A stretch of DNA of 64,000 bases from Chrysemys picta bellii. Its lineage: Eukaryota. The stretch spans positions 36,394,001 through 36,458,000 of the forward strand of contig NC_088803.1 of NCBI RefSeq assembly GCF_011386835.1, written 5' to 3'. Shown here piece by piece: positions 39,125 to 51,667 of the stretch (the stretch's first letter is position 1; each line of letters begins with the position of its first letter). The notes beneath the pieces are model-generated. The model was not told where the DNA came from. It worked only from the letters and a program-made list of their open reading frames with translations, and did no database searches. A program made the translations under genes and the position numbers.

Positions 39125-39891
39125 CAAGTCACACATATGAAGGGGAATAACCTGTATCGGTATAAGGTAACATTATACTGGCATAGCTGTGTCTACACTA
39201 GGGCTTGTACCCACATAATTATTTTCATGAAAAACTAGAGCCCTGGCCGAGGGTTACACTGCAAAACCCCTGTGTGTAGCTCAAGCCTCACTTGCACAGA
39301 CCCTTCGATCCTGGCCCGGTGCTGCATGAAGAGCAGCAGCTCCCCGCGCCCCTTGTTCTCTACATTTGTCTCTCCTTGCGCTGGAGAGGAATGAGCCGCA
39401 CAACCCGCAAAGGGGCCTGGCTCGGGAGGGGGCGATGCCAGAGCGCGGGTGGGCACAGAGCGCGCTGCTGCCAGGTTCACTGGGCGAACCGAAGGGCAGA
39501 GCAGCTCTCCGAGGCAGGGGGCGGCCGCCGTTTAGCGGTGTGCCTACAGCGCCGAGCACACGGGGACCAGGGCCCTGGCTTGGCCAATACAAGCAGGCCA
39601 GATGAGCTGTGGACGCTCCCTGCCGCCCGCAGCCGAGGGGGCACCGTTCCCTGACCCCTCCTCCTCACGCGTGCGATGCTTGCCCGCTGGGAGACCCTGA
39701 GCGGCAGCAGCAGAGCTCAGGCGGGCTCCCCTCACAGCCAGCGCGGCCCTATGCCCCGGACGAGACCCCGCCGGGTCACCTCCGGGCCTTCCGGGGTTGC
39801 GCGGCCCCGATCCTTCTTCCACGAGAAGGGGCATGGAGACCGGGGAGGGGGGAAGCAAGACAGGCCCTCCCCGCCCAGCTGCGTCACTCAC

Positions 39892-39950
39892 CAGAGGGCC
39901 TCCAACTCGCTCGCCGAAAGGGGATAAAAACAACAGGAACTGACGTAAGC
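39892..39950 (-). other. Putative non-coding exon 1 of the OSER1 paralog (TSS approximate)
   Basis: Strong donor CTG|GTGAGT at 39892/39891; Inr-like TCAGTT about 50 nt upstream on the minus strand; no ATG in the exon. Confidence 0.55.
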
Positions 39951-40099
39951 GCACGCGAGGAGCAGGATTGCGGAGGCGCATGCGCAGCTGCGTTCGCTGC
40001 AGAACTATCGTGCGGGGGAGGGGGCCGCACATGCGCCATTTGTGTTTCTGTGCCCAGCGTTCCCGGAGGGCGCATGCGTGCAACCAGCCAGCCACCGTC

Positions 40100-40231
40100 C
40101 CCTTCCTAGTGCTGAGGGTTTTCCCATCCGGGTTATTCGACCCGAACGGTGACTCCCGCCCCGCCCCGGAAGAAGCCGCTGGGTCTCGGGGCGGCGGCGG
40201 CGGCGGCTCCTTCCCTGTGGGGCTGAGCGCG
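40100..40231 (+). other. OSER1: Putative non-coding exon 1 of OSER1 (TSS approximate)
   Basis: Consensus donor GCG|GTAAGT at 40231/40232 in the CpG island; contains (GGC)6 at 40190-40207. Confidence 0.7.
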
Positions 40232-40513
40232 GTAAGTGCGTTGGGCGGGACACCCACTCCCGGGGCACCAGCGGGGAGGACGGGCCGGGACACCCACTCC
40301 CCCTTTGCCCGGCCCGTCCTCCCCGCTGGTGCCCCCTTCTCGGGCAGCTGCTCTGCCCCTTCCCCCGGGCCAGCGGGCTGTGTCCGTGCGGCAGGACAGC
40401 GCAGTCCCCAGCCAGCCGGGAGCCGCCAAGCTCGGTTCCTCCCCGCCCTGACCGAGCGGTGGCCCCCGGCTGGTCCCAGCTCTCGGCTTCCTCCGGGTGA
40501 CCGTGGCTGTGGG

Positions 40514-40524
40514 TGCTGAGTCAC
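40514..40524 (-). promoter_or_regulatory. Antioxidant response element (NRF2/sMAF/BACH1-type) GTGACTCAGCA
   Basis: Plus strand TGCTGAGTCAC, a perfect 11/11 match to the canonical ARE core. Confidence 0.6.
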
Positions 40525-40912
40525 CCCGGCCGGGCAGCCCGGTCCCCGCTGCGGGGGACGACACATCGCGCCGGGCTGGGAGCCCAGGGCTGGGCCGGAG
40601 CCGGGGGTATGGCTGGGACCTCAGTCACCGAGCTCCCGTCGGGTGCTGCCGGCTAAGGGCGGTGAACGAATCGGGTTTAAAAAGCGCTAAATTAAAAATT
40701 CCCGCTGGGCTCTCATGGCAGCTCCTGGCCCTAGAGGTAACGCTGATGTTCATAAGTGTCTGAGCCTCCTTCAGGCCGGGCTAGACTCTGTATCTCAGGG
40801 GACGGGCGAGCTGATGTCTCGTTTCCGTTTTATTCACTTACAAACGCCTTACCTTTTCGTGTCCAGTGTCCCCATGAGGCTTTTCAGAGACTGGTCTCCA
40901 AATGCAATAGAA

Positions 40913-41047
40913 CAGTGGTTTTCAACCTCTGGTCCGTGGACCCTGGGGGTCCACAGACTATGCCTAAGCTTTCCAAGTGGTTCTGCAGCTCCATTTGAAA
41001 TTTTTTAGGGATCTGCAAATGAAAAAAGGTTAAAAAAAACCCCACTG
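40913..41047. mobile_element. Short hAT-type MITE (135 bp)
   Basis: TIR CAGTGGTTTTCAACCT / AGGTT...CCCCACTG; TSD CAATAGAA / AAATAGAA. Confidence 0.8.
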
Positions 41048-42943
41048 AAATAGAATGACTGTGTTTGCACAGTGATATTCATACAGTCCAGCCTTTTGCC
41101 TGGTGGTGAGTTCCCTGTGATTGCTATTTGCAAAAGTAGGTTTTTAGAAGTATTTAAGTCTCTTTCCAAAGGCAATAGAACAGAAATGGATTGAGATTAT
41201 ATAGTATGAAGACAGGTAAAACAAGAATATAATTTTGGCAGGCATTAGCTAGTTTTAAATCTCCAAAACTTTTTTCCTCATGATTACAGTCTTCTGAGTG
41301 ATCATCAATAATCTGGACAGCTTCTGAAGGACTTAAATTCATCCTAACAGTTTATCATAAAATGCATAAGTTCACAATCAGTTTAATTTTGCTCAGTACT
41401 GTTTTATGTTTTGCCAGTGAATAAAAGCAACAGGATCACATCCTGTAAAAATTCCACCCAAACTAAAACTGTCACTGTATTAAAAATCTTTTTCTAAGAT
41501 TTTTAAAATTTTTTTGCTCCATTCCCTTGCTAAGCCAACTGCTGCTACGCTTCTCAGGTTGCTGTGATATGAAGTGTTCTGGCATAGCTTCAAGTTTAAC
41601 TTGGTATCAGTCTAAAATTAGCAAGAAAGTATAAGCTGTTTTTAAGGAGAACTTTTCTTTGGGACAGAGAAGAATAATTTTATGGAGGCAGGTCCCCACA
41701 CTGTATTTATGACAGAAATTGTTTCATCCATGGGAATGGAGCTTGAGTAAACAAACATCCAGGTAAAGTGGTAACGGTACCCAATTAAGAGTGTACCATA
41801 AGCCAGCCTGTTTTTTGTTAATCTTTTCTCATTTGTCTGCTCAGATGAACATCACAGTGACCGGTATTGTATTCAACCACTGTCCCTGGTGTTTACTTGC
41901 TGCCTGACTCAGTTCATAGTATGTGCATCAAACACATTATGACACATCCATCTTTCTGGATGTGTCATAATGGCACCCAACTAGCAGCTAAGGAATATGT
42001 CTGAATGAAGTCATTGCAGAGCAAGCAGCAGACACACCAGCTGGGAGATCTGAGGGGGTGGGAGGGGGCAGGTAGAAATGAGATTCTCAGGTAGCAGAAT
42101 TTACTCTTCATATTTACCTGTTTCATTTTGTCTTTTGAGAATGTGTGACTATGTAGCTGCAGCCCTCTTTTATCTAAATGTATTCTCTCTTCCAGCATAT
42201 CAAAGAGTTGGAATTAATTTAGCAAATGTATTATTCAAATACCAATATAAGTAGTATTGTACTGGTAGCTTGGTTTAATAGCTATTATTAATTAGCCTTA
42301 TTATGGTAGTTGATATCTGTTGCTCTTAGGCATCTGTCTCTCTAGTGACTTGAGAACTCAGCTCTGTAGTGAGCAATATTCCATTTCTATCTGTCATATC
42401 AAAGAGCAGCTTCATAAGGAGTTGGGAGACAATGTCTGTGTATGAGGACTCGCCCGCGGGAGTATATGGAGTTCTTACAAATTAAAAGAATCATTTTAAC
42501 TATACTTACTGGTCTAGTACTCCTTTACCAATCAAGAAAACTTCAGTTTAAACACCAGGTGTTAAAAGCTTGTTTTAAACTGATGAAAGCACTAGAACAT
42601 CATCATAACTCAAATAAATGAAAGCACTGGAACAATTACTAATTTGCTTTTGGGCAACTGATTACCAGTAAAATATTGACCTATTGGAAGGAGCTGGAGA
42701 AAAGCAACAGAGATTGTTAAAATGATTGAGAGACTGTAAGGATTGACGTTCAGCTAGGCCAACTGACAGCTAGTTGCACGAGAAGTAAGGGACACAAGTT
42801 TAGAAATAGTTTTTGGGCCTTAAACATCAAAGAGGAGATAATTAGTATGAAATGCTTGGATATAACAAGGGTCAAAAAACTGAAATTAAGAAAGGGTAAA
42901 TTCAGCCTGAAAACCTGATAGAACTTTTTGAGACTGGTATCTA

Positions 42944-43226
42944 GGCCTGGTCTACACTTAAAAATTAGATCAACCTATCTGTTGCAAAGGGCTGTGAAAA
43001 GTTTTCCGCCCTGAGCACTGTAGTTAGGTTGACCTCAACCCCCAGTGTAGATGCAGCTTGGTCAATGGAAAAATTATATCGTCAACCTAGCTACCCTCTC
43101 TGAGGGATGTATTAACTACATAAACAGAAAACCCTCTTCTATTGGGTGTAGGAAGCATCTACATTATAGCGCTACACTAGCACAGCTGTAGCTCCATAGC
43201 TGTGCTGCTGTAATGTAGACATACCC
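42944..43226. mobile_element. PIF/Harbinger-type MITE
   Basis: Termini GGCCTGGTCTACACT / AATGTAGACATACCC, same family as 1204-1600. Confidence 0.7.
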
Positions 43227-43717
43227 CTGGTTTGTGGAGTAGTCTTCAAAGGAAATAGTGGAATTTACTTTTATAAAACAGGACAAAACCCCAAAGACTG
43301 TACTATAGGGCAGCGGTTCTCAAACTGTACCAACAGTGGCCCACAGAAAGTTGATTGGTGTGGTGGTACTGGCCCTCCTTGTTTGCTCTTCTGCTTCTGG
43401 AGTGGAGTTTTGGTTACAGTAGAACTAAGTATAGGAATCTCCTTCATTGAAGAGATCTATCCCATCCCTTGCCCCCACTTGGCTCAGAATTGACACCAAA
43501 TTATTTTACTGTAAAGGTTTTTATTTGCCTGAGCTGTTACACATGATGATGGCTCTATCATTCTTTCATATCTTCCTGCTCCTCTTTCTGAATCATCTCA
43601 TGGAAGTGTCTTAGTATAGTGACCAGGGCTGTGTGTATGCTGCAATTTACTGCTCAGAATTTATTTGAGTTATGATGATGATGGGTCATTATAGTAAAGT
43701 TTTGAACACAGTGCTAG

Positions 43718-43876
<159 letters not shown>

Positions 43877-44059
43877 TAAGCAAGCATATAATGAGGTAAT
43901 GAGAAACTATATGACTGGTGAATTGCTAGGGAACCACTCTACAAATCTGAAGGGTTTGAGGTAGATACCAAATGATTAGGTAGTGGAAGGCTTAACTGTA
44001 GCACAACAAATTGAAGTCTTCTTTTTTTTTTTTTTTAAGTTTGTAATCAGAGGGCTGTT

Positions 44060-44430
44060 TAGCTGTGGGGATTAGTAAATGGGATACAGATCACTTCCCA
44101 TCTAAGTTGCTGGTTCAAGTCCAACGTGGGCTAGCAGTGACCAAAAATGGCTACTATTTGATAGCTGTCAATTGGTTGCCCATATTAAATGAATTTGGGC
44201 TCAGCCCTGGTTATCAGAGGACACGTACACCTTATTAGAATGCTGCTAATGTAACTAGTATTTATTGGCAATACTGGCAGCCAGGCCAACCATTGAATTG
44301 AACCATGGAGATGGACTCCCTTCTTACCCCCTTGAGTTAGATGGTCTTTCCACATCAGTATTGAAGATACTGGTGAGGTGATGTAGGAATCCAGCATTGC
44401 CACTATTGGACTCTGGTGTCCAGGAATGAC
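44060..44430 (+). mobile_element. Diverged LF-SINE in OSER1 intron 2
   Basis: GGTTCAAGTCCAAC...GCAGTGACCAAAA...AAATGAATTTGG...CCATGGAGA...GCATTGCCACT is colinear with the recalled LF-SINE consensus and with 21125-21563. Confidence 0.65.
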
Positions 44431-47105
44431 CATTTTTATAACAAAAACACTGAAAGGGAGGATGTTGTGTACATCTTCTCCTTACTTGGGTGATCTGATA
44501 TGCAGTACTTGATTCACTGCTCCATGATACTAGAGTACAAAGAATCTGTCCATCTGCTTTTAATTCTCACAATGGCAACCCTTTCCTACTTCATAAAAGA
44601 ACATTCTATACAATTATCAAGTCTCAACTCTCAAACTTGGTCTACATTGGAATTTGAGCCACTGGTGTAGCTGCACCAGTGCAAATGCCTAATGTAGGTA
44701 CAGTTTACATCAGAGCAGCATGATTTGCAGTGATGCAGCCTTCCTTTTTTTTTTAAAACAATGTAAACCGGGCTGGTGTAAATAACTCCTGTATAAGCTA
44801 TTTGCACCAAAGCAACTGAACAGGTGGTTAAAATCCAAGTATAGACAAGGCCTCAGTTTCAAGATGGTTAGGGTGACACTGGAAGCCTGGCAGAGCCCCA
44901 GTATATTCAGGGTCTTTCAATACAATTGACCAGGCTCACTAGAAATCTGTGACAAACCCCTTCCCTGCACATGCCCCTCTCTCCAATATGCTTCAACTCT
45001 TTTCCAGTAAAGTGAGCTCTATGAGATGATGTGATCTCTCCCACCTTCAGTCTCCATTTGACTGGTCTGTGTTCATAGCAGTTACAGTAGAAAAAGGAGT
45101 TTCATTCTGAATGTTTATATCTTGGTCTTTTCTACGTGTCAACTGTCCTGAGCCCAGGACAGAGTGTAAGGACTGAAATTCATTTCACAGGAAACCTCCA
45201 CCTCCAGTCTGAACCAATTTAGTGCAAGTGTTGCAAAATAATTCCCTGGTTGGCTGAAATTCACAGTGTCAACCCTCAACCTGAAAGGATACTCTGGACT
45301 ATTACAACTCCCTGAAAATGGGGTTTGGGATGGATTTGTGATGTTCTACTTTGACACTTAAGGAGCATCATAAATAAATGAACACGCTGCACATACCAAG
45401 CATATTTAATCCAATGATTTCTGTTTTGATTTTTAACTAATTAGTTCTATCTCATTTAAAATCTGAAGTTGGGTGCTGGCTCCTTTTAATCAGATTAAAT
45501 GATTCCTAATCTCAAAAATCAAACATTTGCAACTGACTAAAGAGCCTGAAAATAATCCTATGAGAAATGTCACACACCTATATATTCTCATCTTGCATTC
45601 TGGTCCTGACCGTGACAGTCACTGTATTCCCCTACCTGATTCACTTTAGCTTCTGTACCTAAGTTTTTCTGTTTGTATAAATGTTGGTATTACCCTCATT
45701 TCAAAGTACTTAGGAGTGAATTATTATAACAATAGTTTTACAAACATAATGTCCACATGGAGTTTTCTTTGCGAGTGCAGTACAGTAAAACATACCTAGT
45801 ATCCTCATTTCCCATGTTTGGGAGAGGACCAAAATACATAAGGATAAGGCCACTTCGGTAAACTTAAAATATCCAAGTCCTTGTACAAACACTGCTTCTT
45901 GGAGCTGTATAATACTCGGACATTCCACCAAAGTGCCTTATGAGTAAAGATGAATGATACATGGATTGGATATATGGAAACTGGAGGACACAGTGGTGAT
46001 GAATGGGAAGGGTGATTCACTGCTGTTACTAAGTGGAGGTTACTACATCATAAATTCCTACTAGTCTCAAATGTCATGGCAGCAGCTCAGAGCTGCTTTA
46101 CATCTGTCAAGTGAGCTAAATAGTTTAGGTTGCCAATATGTAGTCTTCATCTTAAAGCAGTTTTAGTTCAGGCCCTACTGGTCTTTACATTAAATGAGCC
46201 ATTTTTTCTTCTTATAAAGCCTTACTGCCCCTCCACTGACTACTTTGGGTGTGCCCTGGTCCTTCTGCTTCACTGTGATTCCCTACTCCCTTTTAAAATG
46301 CAGTTCAAAACCCATCTCTTCAGTGCCTTTAGCTATTGCACTGTCATTTGTTTTCCCCACTGCTATACTCTTACCTGACCTCATGCTTCACCTTCTCCTC
46401 CTTGTCCATTACTGCCCATTTTCTCTTCCAGATTAATTGGTTTCTGTCATGAGAGTTGAATGAGCAACTCAGTATGAAACTGTATGAGCAGTCTTTTGAG
46501 TTAGTGGGAGAGGAGGAAGTATGCTTTCCTGACCTGACTTGTCAGGACTTTCCAGAAGGTTGATAGACATGGGCCTAAACTTTCAGAGTTTCAAGCCTAA
46601 TTTGCACTTGCCCTTTGAGTAACTACATACACAATTGTAGTTATGTGTACAGACTGTGGGCAGCTTTAAAAATGTGGGCTCGGGAAGCCAGTAGATCTTC
46701 AAATTCTATTTAAGCCAAGGCTCTGAGAGTGTAATGTACTGTAACCTTTCAGCTCTGTTGGCCAAACCTACAATAGGGAGAAGAGTTTCTTGTAGCTTAA
46801 CATTTTCCCTGTACACAAGGACTAGTGTGGTTCCAGTTAAACAGTCTATTTATATCAAAGGAATGTTTATATTTAGGAAAGACTGGCTTTAAGACTTTTT
46901 TTTTTTTTGTGGCTCTAAAAAATTAGGTATTTTCTGGAGTCTGTTTCTCTAGGAAAAATTCCATTTAAGGCTGTTGTGTATAGCTTAGAGTTGCAGTGTG
47001 AAGGTCTAATTTAAAAGCTAGTAGCTAAACAGCTGCCATTCCAAGTATTTGTTAAAAATTGTATCCGTATAATGCTCCTAAGCATTTAATCAAAATTCAG
47101 AGAAA

Positions 47106-47237
47106 NNNNNNNNNNNNNNNNNNNNNNNNNNNNNNNNNNNNNNNNNNNNNNNNNNNNNNNNNNNNNNNNNNNNNNNNNNNNNNNNNNNNNNNNNNNNNNN
47201 NNNNNNNNNNNNNNNNNNNNNNNNNNNNNNNNNNNNN
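47106..47237. other. Assembly gap (132 N)
   Basis: Run of N in OSER1 intron 2. Confidence 1.
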
Positions 47238-49030
47238 AATTGACACCAGCAGTTTTTGTCCTTTCACCCACAGAATCTTCTTTCTACCCTGTTACTCAGG
47301 TTGATTTTTCTTCTAAGATTTTGTTCAGTTACATTCATCATTCTTCCCACACCATCAAGTGCGTAAGGCAGAAGTCAAACAGCCCCAGTCATCCCTATCC
47401 TAGACTTGTTTATCCCGATTTTTTATATTCAGATGTAATAATGCTTCTTCAGCCCCTATTATGCTATGGAACATGCCTCTGTCTCTCTTGCCCTTAGAAA
47501 TGCTTATTCAGGGTATTCTTGAAATTGACCTATCTGAGACATCTTCAGTCTGTATTACTTGTAGGTGGTTGTGCCTGTTCTAGGACCTTTCCTTTACTTA
47601 CTCTCAGTCCATTTTAGTTTGAATATTCTATGCAGACAGTTTCATTGAAAGCTGTTCAAATGTGCATTGGTCCTATTTTTCCAGAACCCTGCTCCATATA
47701 AGGACACTTATAATATTGCTTCTAAAGATTTTAAGTTTGGTGTTTTTGCTAATCACATTGAACTTCCATACTTAATTTTTTTTTGAAGTACACTTGGCTT
47801 TCCTATTCTGGACTCTATATCAAGTTACATTGGATATGTTATTTTAGCAACTGGCTCTGCTTTTGCAGAGGATCAAGTGGAAGTCATCCAACAAGAAAGG
47901 GTAATGGAGCAGGCTTACTATTTCATATATTCCAAATCATACAGAGTCTTAAAATTCTACTTTGTGGGGAGATTTTCCCTGCACTTAAAGAAACTCAAAT
48001 TTTTGCATTAGGGGCCTAAGTATTTTAGTAATATGCAAGGAATGGTGCTGAAGTAGACTTGAGTTAGTAAAAGCTCACAGACATATAAGCTTTCTCATGT
48101 CTCCTACTAGTACAGTAGTGTTGTACACTGTTTGAGAGCTGCTGCATTTCACCTTGATAGTTGATTGACGTTCAACCAATCTGTAAAGTGCTTTGAGATT
48201 CTTCATACTGAAAACCTCTCGGTAGAAAACTAATCCATTTGTACACTTAGTGGATTCAGAAAACATGGGTTTTAAGCATTCATTCATTGGTCATGGGAGC
48301 TATGCTGTGGTTAAATCCAACTTTACTTCCTTCTGGTCTTCAGCAATGAGCAGCAACACATAAGCTTCAGACAGAAACTGGATTATATAAGCCCCTGTCC
48401 ATTCCACTGTTAGTAATCTGCTTTTAAAATAGTTTTCACCTGCCTGAACATGGTTGTAATGCTGTTTGCCCACACTTAACCCATTTTATAACTGTGTGAT
48501 ATCTGAGCATTTTTATAGAATGTAGCTATAGCAAAGACTTATTGGCTCATATACATTATTCTCTATTGTATATTTATTGGTGTTTTCTTGCCCCCTATTA
48601 ATGGGTAATTGCAGGTATTGTTTTGGCTAACAGCTTGCAACAAGATATGGTTTGGTAAATAAGGCTGACTGGAACTGTTCTCATCTTCTTTAATATTTAT
48701 TAATTTTAGTGCCAAAAGGTGTGTTAAGAACGTAACAGGACAAATGAAAAACCATGATCCATGCCCGGCAAAGCTTAGACTTCAAAATTAAACATAATGT
48801 GATATAACAGATGAGTGTAATAGGGTGAGGAAGGACACAGGTTACTACAATACCATCATATGCTTACTTAATTGATGTATGTTCACATATTGGTGGTTCA
48901 TTATGAAAATTCACTGTGAATTTTTAACACTTTGTCTTTCCTGGTTTGGTGCTTCAATGAAGCTTTTAGGAGACCATTTACAAACAGTTTGCTGAACGCA
49001 TTTCTGGTTACAGAAGAATGTGTTTTTTGA

Positions 49031-49237
<207 letters not shown>

Positions 49238-49854
49238 TAAGCAGAGGGCAGCCTGGGACTGACTGAACTGTTTTTTTAAATGTAAATGAACTGGAATTAT
49301 TTTAAATCTAATTACCGAATTCTGTTACTGGTTTTGGATTCTAAACAGACTTGTTAACAAAAATGTTACATTTTTTAGTTTCCCTTTTAAAACAAGCATG
49401 CCTGTCATCCCTTTTCCCTCACTCCCATGTCATTGGTGTTCTGTTTCTAAATACACAAAGTGAAACACCTCTGAGCTGTGGGTGAAGTTCTGAATGCTGC
49501 AGCTGCATCAGCATTAGGAACAGGGGCCGTGTAAACCTATCCAGCAAGCTGCTGTACTTGGAAATGAGTCATTTTAAGTCATGAATCCTTTCTTGCAGGA
49601 TCATTTGGCATCATACCATAGAGACACATCTAAGGCACCTCTATCTCTGAATCTTTTGCCTTTTGTTTCCTTAATGCTTAGTGCTTATGCAGCACTTTAC
49701 ATTTTCAAATTGCTGTTAAAACATTCTTGAATCGCTACTATTTTCATGTGGCCTCTCTGTTGTTCTTTCATCCCATGTGCTAAGTACCCTCCCTCACCTC
49801 TTTCAGAATCCTCCTTAAAACCACCTTTATTCTTTCTCTTACATTGATCTCTCA

Positions 49855-50138
49855 GGCTACATGTACACTACGGGGGGGGTCGATTTAAGATACGCAAATT
49901 CAGCTACGCAAATAGCGTAGCTGAATTCGACGTATCGCAGCCGACTTACCCTGCTGTGAGGACGGCGGCAAAATCGACCTCTGCGGCTTCCCGTCGACGG
50001 CGCTTACTCCCACCTCCGCTGGTGGAGTAAGAGCGTCGATTCGGGGATCGATTGTCGCGTCCCAACGGGACGCGATAAATCGATCCCCGAGAGGTCAGTT
50101 TCTACCCGCCGATTCAGGCGGGTAGTGTAGACCTAGCC
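49855..50138. mobile_element. Young PIF/Harbinger-type MITE (284 bp)
   Basis: TIR GGCTACATGTACACTAC / GTAGTGTAGACCTAGCC; 3-bp TSD TCA; CpGs largely intact. Confidence 0.9.
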
Positions 50139-50272
50139 TCAGGTGCTAGCTCCACACCTTAGTTTACCAGAACTGGTATCATGTCTGTCTGAGTTAGTTC
50201 GTACAATCTTGTATACCTGTTCTGTAAAGCTCAGTGGATGCTACTGACACTCATTAAAATGTAATATAAATA

Positions 50273-50760
50273 CAGTAGAACATCAGAGTTATGGACTGAC
50301 GGGGCAACCACACACCTCATTTGGAACTAGAAGTACACGATCAGGCAGCAGCAGAGACCAAAAAAAAAAAAGCAAATATAGTACATGCATCTGAAGAAGT
50401 GGGGTTTTTTATCCACAAAAGCTTATGCCCAAATAAATCTGTTAGTCTTTAAGGTGCCATCGGACTCCTTGTTGTTGTTGCAAATACAGTACAGTAGTGT
50501 ATTAAACATAAACTACTAAAAAAAAAAAGGAAAGTTTAAAAAAAGCTTTGACAAGGTAAGGAAACTGTGTTTCATTTAAATTAAGATGGTTAAAAGCAGT
50601 ATTTTTCTTCTGCATAGTAAAGTTTAAAAGATGTATTAAGTCAATGTTCAGTTGTAAACTTCTGAAAGAACAACCATAATGTTTTGTTCAGAATTACGAA
50701 CATTTTAGAGTTACAAACAACTTCCATTCCTGAGAAGCTCGTAATTCGGAGGCTCTACTG
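50273..50760. mobile_element. Tigger-like DNA transposon derivative with nested Penelope-like fragment (50385-50479)
   Basis: TA|CAGTAGAAC...CTCTACTG|TA termini; the nested insert is flanked by GCAAATATAGTAC / GCAAATACAGTAC. Confidence 0.75.
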
Positions 50761-50845
50761 TACAGAGGAGGAGTTTGCTTTTTAAATAATTTTCCTACTC
50801 TGATTCACAGAAAGAAAATAGTACTTGCTCCTGATTATAGAGTAA

Positions 50846-51568
<723 letters not shown>

Positions 51569-51661
51569 CATCAATGGGCTTTAGAGAAAGGGTTTGATTG
51601 AAATCTGCCCTCAGTCACGCTCCACATGAGAAGCAATCCACTCCCTGCTTACCATGCTTGC

Positions 51662-51667
51662 AATAAA
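51662..51667 (+). terminator. Candidate OSER1 polyadenylation signal AATAAA
   Basis: AATAAA about 94 nt after the stop; more distal sites may also be used. Confidence 0.45.

Larger units (their letters stand above)
39300..40700. promoter_or_regulatory. CpG island / putative bidirectional promoter of OSER1 and its paralog
   Basis: Very GC- and CpG-rich. NRF1-type GCGCATGCGC (39976-39985) and GCGCATGCGT (40070-40079), CRE/E4F1-like TGACGTAA (39941-39948), YY1-like CGCCATTT (40034-40041), GC boxes (40155-40167), ETS CCGGAAG (40166-40172). Outward-facing splice donors at 39891 (-) and 40232 (+). Confidence 0.85.

Noticed and set aside
39235-40763. Long GC-rich ORFs (up to 340 aa) over the CpG island
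   Set aside because: They result from stop-codon depletion in GC-rich DNA, overlap in all frames and are low-complexity Pro/Gly/Arg/Ala.
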